Assembly: GCA_964448935.1 (NCBI GenBank) | Contig: CAYVBE010000005.1 | Span: 1-53,480 of the forward strand | Length of the DNA stretch: 53,480 nt | Origin: an uncultured candidatus Brocadiaceae bacterium | GTDB taxonomy: Bacteria; Planctomycetota; Brocadiia; SM23-32 | Direction of reading: 5' to 3' | Shown here: positions 46,687 through 53,480 of the stretch, one piece after another | Layout of the letters: every line of letters starts with the position of its first letter | Numbering within the stretch: position 1 is the first letter of the stretch | The notes under the pieces: model-generated | What the model saw: the letters and a program-made list of their open reading frames with translations, nothing else | Told to the model about the DNA's origin: nothing | Database searches by the model: none | Program-made: the position numbers and the translations under genes

Positions 46687-47313
46687 GTGACTTCTGAACG
46701 ATCTTTTGCTGATTGGGCGGTTGTAGCGTGCGGGACCCTGCGGCCCGAGCTGGAAGCGCTGCAGGAGGAAGGCTTCATGGATGCAAAGCGGGTTCTGCTC
46801 ACGGCGCCCGGCCTGCACGAGAGACCGCCGGACCTGGAAGAACAGCTCTCGCGCCAACTGGCTAAAGCAGCCGCAGAGGCGGACAGGGTGCTGGTGCTCT
46901 ACGGCGAGAAGTGCTTCGTGGACTACAGCGACCCGTTCCGCCACATGGATGCACTGCTCAGGGAACAACTGCCCTCCGCGGTGCGGGTGTCCGCGAAGAA
47001 CTGCGTGGACATGCTGGCCGGTGCGCAGGAGCGAGAGCAGACCGCGGACGGTCAGAGGATTTACTGGCTGACGCCGGGCTGGGTGAAGTACCGGCGTCAC
47101 ATCTTTCGGGATTGGGACACCGGCAAGGCGAACGAAACATTCCCGCAGAATGACAGGGCCGTCCTGCTGGACGGCATCGGATTCTTCGAACGGTGGTCAC
47201 AGGAGAAACCCGAGGAGCTACTGGCTTTCTCCGATTGGATGCGGATTCCGGTCGAGCCCCATCCGATTGAACTGAACCGCTTTCGCCGGCTTCTGCTCAA
47301 GTGCCTTGACTGA
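46687..47313 (+). CDS. DUF1638 family protein
   Basis: VACGTL..E, PGLH..P..L..QL, LYG..C, NC.DML, YWLTPGW, LLD. Confidence 0.88.
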   Translation: MTSERSFADWAVVACGTLRPELEALQEEGFMDAKRVLLTAPGLHERPPDLEEQLSRQLAKAAAEADRVLVLYGEKCFVDYSDPFRHMDALLREQLPSAVRVSAKNCVDMLAGAQEREQTADGQRIYWLTPGWVKYRRHIFRDWDTGKANETFPQNDRAVLLDGIGFFERWSQEKPEELLAFSDWMRIPVEPHPIELNRFRRLLLKCLD

Positions 47314-47360
47314 ACGAAAAGTGTTAGGAGCATAGACACGGTTTCACAGGAGAAGTTCTC

Positions 47361-47714
47361 ATGCCCTGGGTCAACGAGGACATGTGCATCGGTTGCGGTA
47401 TTTGTGTGGAAGAATGCCCCGTTGGAGCCATCGGGGTGGCTGATGAAACGGCCCGCATCGAGGAGGAGGAGGAGTGCATCCGCTGCGGAAAGTGCCACGA
47501 TGTTTGCCCGGAGGAGGCCGTCCGTCACGACAGCGAGCGGATACTGCTGGAAGTGGACGATAACCTGGCGTGGACACACCGACTGCTCAACCACTTCGAC
47601 ACACCGGAGGAGAGACGCGGCCTTATCGAGCGGATGGGACGCTACTTCGCCAAGGAGAAAAAGGTGGCCGAGCAAACCATCGAACGCCTCAGTTCACTCG
47701 AGCAACAGCTATAG
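47361..47714 (+). CDS. 2x[4Fe-4S] ferredoxin with helical C-terminal extension
   Basis: CIGCGICVEECP, CIRCGKCHDVCP, then ~55 aa predicted helical tail. Confidence 0.9.
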   Translation: MPWVNEDMCIGCGICVEECPVGAIGVADETARIEEEEECIRCGKCHDVCPEEAVRHDSERILLEVDDNLAWTHRLLNHFDTPEERRGLIERMGRYFAKEKKVAEQTIERLSSLEQQL

Positions 47715-47866
47715 TGCTGCCGTGCGCCGTTCGCACATCCGGCGCTGCACGGAGGCCACGAACAGGCACGCCAGGAAAGCAGGCACCCAACGCCTGTCTC
47801 GGACAAGCTTGTGAACGGCTCGTCCAGGCTCTGGAAAGCCCGCGAATTGAAGGGACGGTGAAGACG

Positions 47867-48832
47867 ATGGCAGGAGAGATTTCGTTTGTGTTCGGACCGG
47901 TGCCCTCGCGGCGCCTGGGCCGGTCCCTCGGGCTGGACCTGGTGCCGCTCAAAACGTGCAGCTACGACTGCATCTACTGCCAGCTCGGCCGCACCACGCG
48001 GCAGACGATCGAGAGAAGGGAATGGGTGAACCCGGAGGCAGTTCTGGAGCAACTTCAAACCAGGCTTGCGTCCGAACCGGACTACATCACCCTCTCGGGC
48101 TCGGGTGAACCTACGTTGCACTCCGGGGTCGGCGAGCTGATCGGTCGCATCAAGAATATGAGTGACATACCCGTCGCCGTCCTGACCAACGGGTCGCTGC
48201 TGTGGCAAGAAGAAACGCGAAACAGCTTGATGCAGGCTGACCTGGTGGTGCCTTCCCTGGACGCGGGCAGTCAGCGGATATTCCGGTACGTGAACCGGCC
48301 CGCGCCGGAGCTGACATTTGACCAGATGCTGGCAGGGCTGACGGCATTCCGGCACGACTATGAGGGGCAGTACTGGCTGGAGGTCTTTCTGCTGGGAGGA
48401 GTGACCGACATAGAGTCCGAGGTCAGAACCATCGGAGCGGCCATTAAGCAAATCCAACCGGACAGGGTGCAACTCAACACCGTCAGCCGCCCGCCCGCCG
48501 AGAACTATGCCTATCCCGTGCCCAAAGAACGCATGGAGCACATCGCCGAGAGCCTGCCGGGCCGCACGGAAGTAATCGCCGATTACAAGGGCACGCACGA
48601 CCTGCCCGATTTTGCCGCACAGAGGGAAGACGTGCTGGCCATGCTCAAACGGCGGCCCTGCACTCTGGAAGATATTGCGGGCGGCCTGGGGCTTCACAGA
48701 AACGAGGTCGTCAAATACATCGAGCACCTCTCGGCCGAGGGACTCGTCAACGCCTCGACACACGGCCGCCGGAAGTACTACTCGACACGGCAGGAGAAGC
48801 CGGATAGGCTAAAGACTGCAACAGATGACTGA
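47867..48832 (+). CDS. Radical SAM protein (GPVPSRRLG family, UPF0026/TYW1-like) with C-terminal winged HTH
   Basis: FGPVPSRRLGRSLG.D, CSYDCIYCQLG, SGSGEPTL, LTNGSL, PSLDA, QLNT..RPPAE, RRPCT..DIA..LG. ATG 47867. Confidence 0.92.
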   Translation: MAGEISFVFGPVPSRRLGRSLGLDLVPLKTCSYDCIYCQLGRTTRQTIERREWVNPEAVLEQLQTRLASEPDYITLSGSGEPTLHSGVGELIGRIKNMSDIPVAVLTNGSLLWQEETRNSLMQADLVVPSLDAGSQRIFRYVNRPAPELTFDQMLAGLTAFRHDYEGQYWLEVFLLGGVTDIESEVRTIGAAIKQIQPDRVQLNTVSRPPAENYAYPVPKERMEHIAESLPGRTEVIADYKGTHDLPDFAAQREDVLAMLKRRPCTLEDIAGGLGLHRNEVVKYIEHLSAEGLVNASTHGRRKYYSTRQEKPDRLKTATDD

Positions 48833-48892
48833 AGTGCTGACAGAGCACACAGGCCGGTTGACCAAGTGGAAATCACGAAGGAGCAACGTCCG

Positions 48893-49624
48893 ATGGGTTC
48901 CGTCGAACTGACGGTCGTTTATGACAACTACGCAACGGAGGAAGGCCTGCGCACCGCGCACGGGTTCGCCTGCATTGTCTCTGGCGGGGACAGCACCGTG
49001 CTGTTCGACACGGGCGGCTCGGGGGCGATACTGCTGGACAACATGCGCGCCCTGGGGTTTGACCCCGGCGGAATAGATGCAGTGGCGCTGTCCCACATGC
49101 ACTGGGACCATGTGGGCGGGCTCGATGCGGTGCTGGACGCAAACCCGGGGGTAACGGTCTACGCGCCGGCGGCTTTCTCCTCCACCTTTCTGCGCGACGT
49201 CAGGACGAGGGCGGGCGGTGTGGTGGAGACGGAAGAGCCACAGCAGGTGGCTCCCGGAGTCTGGACGACGCGCGTGCTGCAGCGGCCGTTGGTCGAGCAG
49301 GCCCTGTATGTGGAGACCGCTGAGGGCACGGTGGTGATTACGGGCTGCGCTCATCCCGGCGTTGTCGAACTGGCGCAGGCGGCAAGGGAGGCTTCCGGTC
49401 GGCAACTCCACGCCGTGTTCGGCGGGTTCCACCTGAGCGGAGTGCGTCCGGCGGGCCTCCGGCGCATCATCAACCGGTTGCGGGAAATACACGTGCGACG
49501 TGTCGGTCCCAGCCACTGCTCGGGGGATGCCGCTCGCGAAGCGATGCGGGAGGCGTTCGGAGACGACTACCTGGAGATCGGCGTGGGCGCCCGGTTGAGC
49601 TTCTCCACGCCTTCCACGGGGTGA
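48893..49624 (+). CDS. MBL-fold metallo-hydrolase (DHPS-like MBL subgroup)
   Basis: YDN, HGF, LFDTG, SHMHWDHVGG, EQAL, TGCAHPG, GGFHL, HCSG. Confidence 0.92.
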   Translation: MGSVELTVVYDNYATEEGLRTAHGFACIVSGGDSTVLFDTGGSGAILLDNMRALGFDPGGIDAVALSHMHWDHVGGLDAVLDANPGVTVYAPAAFSSTFLRDVRTRAGGVVETEEPQQVAPGVWTTRVLQRPLVEQALYVETAEGTVVITGCAHPGVVELAQAAREASGRQLHAVFGGFHLSGVRPAGLRRIINRLREIHVRRVGPSHCSGDAAREAMREAFGDDYLEIGVGARLSFSTPSTG

Positions 49625-49630
49625 CGCAAC

Positions 49631-50299
49631 ATGCCGCATCAGGTCTTCGACAGATTGTCCGCGCATTACGATGCCTGGTTCGACTCCCGGCGGGGGAAAG
49701 CCCTGTTCAGGACCGAGGTGGAATGCCTGCAGCGCCTGATGCCGGCGGACACTTCCGGCTGGGTGGAGGTCGGCGTGGGCAGCGGTCGTTTCGCAGAGGC
49801 ACTGGACGTCCCCGAGGGGATGGACCCGTCCGCGCCGCTCCTGGAGCTGGCTGCCGAGCGAGGCATAGAAACGACCCTCGGCACCGGGGAGGATCTGCCG
49901 TACGGCACGGACACGCTGGACGGCATCCTGCTGGTGGTCACGCTGTGTTTCCTGGACGACCCGGAACGGGCCATGCGTGAATCCGCCCGGGTGCTGCGCC
50001 CCGGCGGTCGGCTGCTCGTAGGCATCGTGCCGGCGGACAGCCCCTGGGGGCGCGAATACGCGCAGAAGAGCCAGGAGGATCATCCCTTCTACTCCGTGGC
50101 TCGCTTTTACACCTGCCGGCAGGTCCGCGAGCTGGCCGGTGCCGCGGGATTTGAACTCCGGGCTTCCGCCGGCACGTTGCCGATGGGCCCGCACGAAGAG
50201 CTGGAGGACATCCCGATGCGGGACGGAATAACCGATAACTGGGGTTTTGTGGCCATGCTTTTTGCACTTCCAGCCACGAAAGGTGGTAAATCATGGTAG
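49631..50299 (+). CDS. Class I SAM-dependent methyltransferase
   Basis: FD....YD.WF, EVGVGSGRFA, G.DPS, E.LP, TLCF.DDP...RE..RVLRPGG. Confidence 0.92.
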   Translation: MPHQVFDRLSAHYDAWFDSRRGKALFRTEVECLQRLMPADTSGWVEVGVGSGRFAEALDVPEGMDPSAPLLELAAERGIETTLGTGEDLPYGTDTLDGILLVVTLCFLDDPERAMRESARVLRPGGRLLVGIVPADSPWGREYAQKSQEDHPFYSVARFYTCRQVRELAGAAGFELRASAGTLPMGPHEELEDIPMRDGITDNWGFVAMLFALPATKGGKSW

Positions 50300-50946
50300 C
50301 TCTGACGCCGAAAGACCTGAAATCCCTGGAGCAGACACTGGCAAAGCTGCAAGACCAGGTCAGGATTGTCTATTTCACAGAACAGGTTAATTGCCGGCAC
50401 TGCCGACAGGAGCGCCGGCTTCTGGCAGAACTGGCCGACCTCTCCCACAAACTGGAACTGGAGGTGTACAACTTCACCGCAGACCGCGACGTAGCGCGCG
50501 AGTACGGGGTGGACAAGGTGCCGGGCCTGGTGCTTGTGGGGCAGCAGGACTACGGAGTCCGCTACTACGGAATGCCTTCGGATTTCGAGTTCCGCATGCT
50601 GCTGGAAGATATGGTCAGGGTTTCTTCCGCGGATTCGGGGCTTTCCCCCGACAGCAGAAAGCGGCTGAGCGGTCTGAACGCCAGGACGCATCTGGAAGTG
50701 CTGACTACTCCCGCCTGTCCCTTTTCTGAAACCGCGATCCGGCTTGCACACCAGATGGCCATGGAAAGCGACAGGGTAACAGCCGATCTGGTAAACGTCG
50801 AGGATTTTCCCGAACTGGCGGAGCATTACGAGGTGATGGCAGCGCCAACAGTGGTCGTCAATGAACGCCACAGCTTCTACGGCGCCCTCGACGAATCGGA
50901 GTTCATCGAGAAGGCATTGGAGGGCGCACGGGAAGAGGACGCGTGA
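50293..50946 (+). CDS. Protein disulfide oxidoreductase (two-thioredoxin-fold glutaredoxin, AhpF-NTD/PDO type)
   Basis: N-unit CRHC, VDKVP, G.P...EF; C-unit TP.CPFS, VMAAP. Confidence 0.9.
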   Translation: MVALTPKDLKSLEQTLAKLQDQVRIVYFTEQVNCRHCRQERRLLAELADLSHKLELEVYNFTADRDVAREYGVDKVPGLVLVGQQDYGVRYYGMPSDFEFRMLLEDMVRVSSADSGLSPDSRKRLSGLNARTHLEVLTTPACPFSETAIRLAHQMAMESDRVTADLVNVEDFPELAEHYEVMAAPTVVVNERHSFYGALDESEFIEKALEGAREEDA

Positions 50947-51022
50947 CAGGCGACAACACCGGAGCGTTGTCCCGGCAAAGTCCGGCAGAAATACTCCCGG
51001 ATCGAGATAAGGGAGAAAACCG

Positions 51023-51322
51023 ATGGCTGAAGTAGACAAGGGCAAACAGGCAGGAAACCAACTGAAGAACTGCGCGATGTGCGGCGAAGAGATCAGCCCC
51101 TACAGCCCCTTCTGTCGCAATTGCGGGCATCCGCAAGGCCGCCCTCTGATCATCGCCCTGCTGGTTCTTTTCCTGCTGATTCTGCTGGCCCTCTATACGG
51201 GGTTCATGTTCTTCTGCGCATGCAACCCCGAGAGATTTGAACCCCATCCGCAGGAGTCACGCTCCGTGGATCAGCGGAATACCAGGATCGCTCGCGTTGA
51301 CAATCCTTGGGGCTCCGATTAG
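51023..51322 (+). CDS. Zinc-ribbon membrane protein, hypothetical
   Basis: CAMCG...FCRNCG zinc ribbon followed by one hydrophobic helix; GGGAG SD. Confidence 0.65.
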   Translation: MAEVDKGKQAGNQLKNCAMCGEEISPYSPFCRNCGHPQGRPLIIALLVLFLLILLALYTGFMFFCACNPERFEPHPQESRSVDQRNTRIARVDNPWGSD

Positions 51323-51325
51323 CAT
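51297..51325 (+). promoter_or_regulatory. sigma70 promoter of tRNA-Ser
   Basis: TTGACA-N17-TAGCAT ending 7 nt before the tRNA. Confidence 0.75.
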
Positions 51326-51332
51326 AGTTGGC

Positions 51333-51425
51333 GGAGGGGTGTCCGAGTTGGCCGAAGGAGCACGGTTGGAAACTGTGTGTACGGGTTTCCTCGTACCGAG
51401 GGTTCGAATCCCTCCCCCTCCGCCA
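51333..51425 (+). tRNA. tRNA-Ser (anticodon GGA)
   Basis: Acceptor GGAGGGG/CCCCTCC, discriminator G, encoded CCA; anticodon arm CACGG-TTGGAAA-CTGTG; long variable arm GTACG..CGTAC; T-loop GGTTCGAATCC. Confidence 0.97.
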
Positions 51426-51460
51426 TTCTTCCCACTGCCACTCTAAGGGGGACACACCCG

Positions 51461-51965
51461 ATGATCAGGTCGAGATCGTCGTGTTTGCATCTTGCCGCGT
51501 TGCTGGTTGCCGTCCTTCTTCTCCCCGTGGCGGGAGACGCTCGCGCAGCGGAAGCCGCCAAGGACGAGCCGGTCCTTATGGGACAGAACTTCTGGGCCGT
51601 CCCCTGGCCCGCCGCCGACCCCTTCCAGCCCGACGCGCAGCACGTGAGCGGGCCCGACCCCTGGAAACCGGGCTTTATCACGGAAGTGACGCCCTACCAC
51701 ATCATCCGCTTCATGGACTGGAACCACACCAACGCCCATTACGGCGAAAAGGAGGGCTTCCAGGTCAAAGGCACCGGCTGGATGGACCGCAAGCAGAAGG
51801 ACAACCCCGACCAGCGCCGGCTGCCACTACATGCACGCGGGCACGCGCGAATGGGCCTGCATCAAGCCCACCGGCATCGGCTACGAGAAGGCGGCGGAGT
51901 TTTCCAAGTACCGCGCACTCGCCGAATACTGCGCCAGAGTCCCCCTGCCGGGCGCCGCGCGCTGA
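51461..51965 (+). pseudogene. Internally deleted, frameshifted secreted glycoside-hydrolase-like gene
   Basis: Signal peptide plus IRFMDWNHTN in frame to ~51820. The +1 frame then gives CHYMHAG..WACI...KYRAL..Y, with TGA at 51963-51965 abutting the stop of the convergent gene. Confidence 0.6.
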
Positions 51966-53333
51966 TCAGGTCTCGAAGTGGACGTCTCCCGCCTCCAGGG
52001 CATTTCTGAGCTCGCCGTAGGCCAGTTCCCGCGTCCCGCAATCCCGGCCGGCGCAGAGCGACGCGGCCGTGCCCGCCGCCTGACCCTGTCCCATGCAGCA
52101 GACCGTGTTGCGGGTGGACATGTGCGCCTTGAAGTCCGAGGTGATCATCATGCCGGCCGCGAGCAGGTTCTCGATTCCCGCAACCCTCAGCGCGCGGTAA
52201 GGCACCCCGTAGGTGCCGCCGTCCTTCACCTGATAGCGCGGCGCCAGGTCGTGGAAACCGTAGACCATGATGTCGTCCTCGAAGTGCCGCCCCCCCACCA
52301 CGTCCTCCAGCGTGATGTCGTAGTCGCACTCGATCAGTCGGCCCCGGCGTATGCAGAGCGACGGGCTGGTGCGAGCCATGAATGCCTTCTCGCAACCGGG
52401 CACGAACTTCCGGAATAGCTCGACCGCCCTCAATTGCCGCCGCCGCAACTCCAGCTCCGCCTCCGCCACCGCGTCCCGATCGGTGGGGCTGACGGGCATC
52501 TTCAGGTTCAGCTTGATGAACATCATGTAATCGTCGTGGACGGTGGTGGTCACGGTGCCCATGCCGATCCGCTTCGCGCCCCGGGCAAAACCGGCCGGCA
52601 GCTCGGCCCGACGGCCATTGAGGCGCACGATCCGGTCGCCCTGCCCGTCCCGCGTGCCCCTGGCCAGTTCGGTCAGGGCGTCGTGGGCGTTGAGGAACTC
52701 ATGGTAGCCCTCCACGTCCACGTTGGCCAGGCCGACGCTGTTGGCCACCGCGTAGTCGTTGGGCTCGGAGTAGTCAGCGCCCGCGTGGGCGCATAGGTCG
52801 CCGTAGGCGGTGCAGTCAACGAAGCACCGGGCCCGGAAAAGCTCCCGGCCCGAGCGGCTCTCGACGATGGCGCCCACCACCCGCTCACCCTCCGTCACGG
52901 CGCCGACCAGCAGCGTATTGACGCAGACGAACACCCCGGCCTCGGTCAGCATCTCGAAGGCCGTCAGCTTGTAGAGTTCCGTGTCTATGGCGGTGCAGAC
53001 CGAGTCGTATTCGTAGCCCTCGACCATCTCGGCGTGCCCGGACGTGCCGCCGACCTGGGCCAGCCGGTCCACGATCTCCTGCGCTATGCCGCGCACCACC
53101 TGGCGTTTCTCGGCGCCGGGGAACGCCTTCCACAGGTTATAGAAGCTGTGCAACGCCGTGCCGCCCTCCACCACCGTGCCGCCGGGGTAACCCTTGGCCT
53201 CAACGAGCACGGTGTCCGCCCCCTGCCGCGCCGCCGCGATGGCCGCCACCACGCCCGCCGTCCCGCCACCGGCCACCACGACATCGAAATCCCGCGTTGC
53301 CAGTCGGCGCGCCGGCTCTTCGTAAATGACCAT
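51966..53333 (-). CDS. FAD-dependent oxidoreductase (FAD_oxidored / xanthan-lyase-associated type)
   Basis: DVVVAGGG.AG..AAIAAAR.G, GG, FVDCT..GD, R..R.I, YGVPYRAL, NLL.AG, R....CM..GQAAGTAA. Confidence 0.9.
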   Translation of the reverse strand: MVIYEEPARRLATRDFDVVVAGGGTAGVVAAIAAARQGADTVLVEAKGYPGGTVVEGGTALHSFYNLWKAFPGAEKRQVVRGIAQEIVDRLAQVGGTSGHAEMVEGYEYDSVCTAIDTELYKLTAFEMLTEAGVFVCVNTLLVGAVTEGERVVGAIVESRSGRELFRARCFVDCTAYGDLCAHAGADYSEPNDYAVANSVGLANVDVEGYHEFLNAHDALTELARGTRDGQGDRIVRLNGRRAELPAGFARGAKRIGMGTVTTTVHDDYMMFIKLNLKMPVSPTDRDAVAEAELELRRRQLRAVELFRKFVPGCEKAFMARTSPSLCIRRGRLIECDYDITLEDVVGGRHFEDDIMVYGFHDLAPRYQVKDGGTYGVPYRALRVAGIENLLAAGMMITSDFKAHMSTRNTVCCMGQGQAAGTAASLCAGRDCGTRELAYGELRNALEAGDVHFET

Positions 53334-53380
53334 GCCCGTCCTCCGCTACGCTCCACCCATTGCCGCGACCATTGGCCGAC

Positions 53381-53409
53381 ATCATAGAACCACGCAACCT
53401 GACGGTCAA
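53381..53409 (-). promoter_or_regulatory. sigma70-type promoter for the FAD oxidoreductase
   Basis: Minus strand TTGACC-N17-TATGAT. Confidence 0.6.
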
Positions 53410-53431
53410 CCCGCTGCGCAGGAAGACAGGG

Positions 53432-53480
53432 TCATTCAAAAGTCCCACGCACCGTATAGCCATTGATGTGTTCCGCCTTC
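53432..53480 (-). CDS. Possible 3' end of a gene entering from outside the window
   Basis: Open frame ...KAEHINGYTVRGTFE-stop; too short to assign. Confidence 0.3.
   Translation of the reverse strand, partial: KAEHINGYTVRGTFE

Noticed and set aside
45739-47714. Mercury methylation (hgcAB), suggested by ferredoxins beside corrinoid-related genes
   Set aside because: No HgcA cap-helix motif N(V/I)WCA(A/G)GK and no C-terminal Cys pair on either ferredoxin.
47570-47866. 99-aa N-terminal extension of the radical SAM ORF
   Set aside because: It overlaps the ferredoxin gene in another frame; the family motif starts just after ATG 47867.
43812-50946. Selenocysteine or pyrrolysine read-through in redox genes
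   Set aside because: The TGA/TAG codons checked fall at natural C-termini and not in CxxU positions; the PDO site is TCT (Ser).
51328-52020. ORFs starting at 51328 and 51377, and an integrative element at the tRNA
   Set aside because: Those starts run through the tRNA gene; no integrase or duplicated tRNA 3' end is visible in the window.
438-53463. Many long overlapping ORFs in the track (e.g. 438-2039+, 1816-3900+, 9830-11755-, 15414-17957-, 20237-22336-, 38959-40620+)
   Set aside because: Antisense or off-frame shadows of well-supported genes, expected at high GC; they carry no family motifs.

Overview
GC-rich, gene-dense chromosomal window from a diderm (lpxB) anaerobe (superoxide reductase, anaerobic sulfatase maturase, corrinoid activator). 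A Planctomycetota/PVC-like host is inferred from gene content, not proven. From left to right: (1) 1-8.5 kb, a minus-strand run of stress/redox genes (SOR, ferredoxin, Hsp20, LacD-like aldolase, tpx, amrS, PRTase, YyaL, DUF2156, DHH). (2) An esterase transcribed divergently from a 15.7 kb nine-gene MoxR/DUF58/BatA-VWA/DUF4159/DUF4175-like envelope operon. (3) lpxB. (4) An ECF sigma, anti-sigma, periplasmic sensor and repeat-rich secreted protein cassette. (5) hisS-aspS. (6) A sulfatase/sugar catabolic cluster. (7) A ~13.7 kb divergon centred on a DtxR-family regulator, with a three-unit 19-bp-period operator candidate over back-to-back promoters. It encodes RACo, DUF1638, MetV-like, ferredoxins, two radical SAM enzymes, thiol-redox proteins and orphan co-chaperones, and is the best candidate for an undescribed system. 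(8) tRNA-Ser(GGA), an internally deleted secreted-protein pseudogene and an FAD oxidoreductase. No CRISPR array, transposase or integrase was seen. All family calls come from motif recognition by eye; no database search was run.
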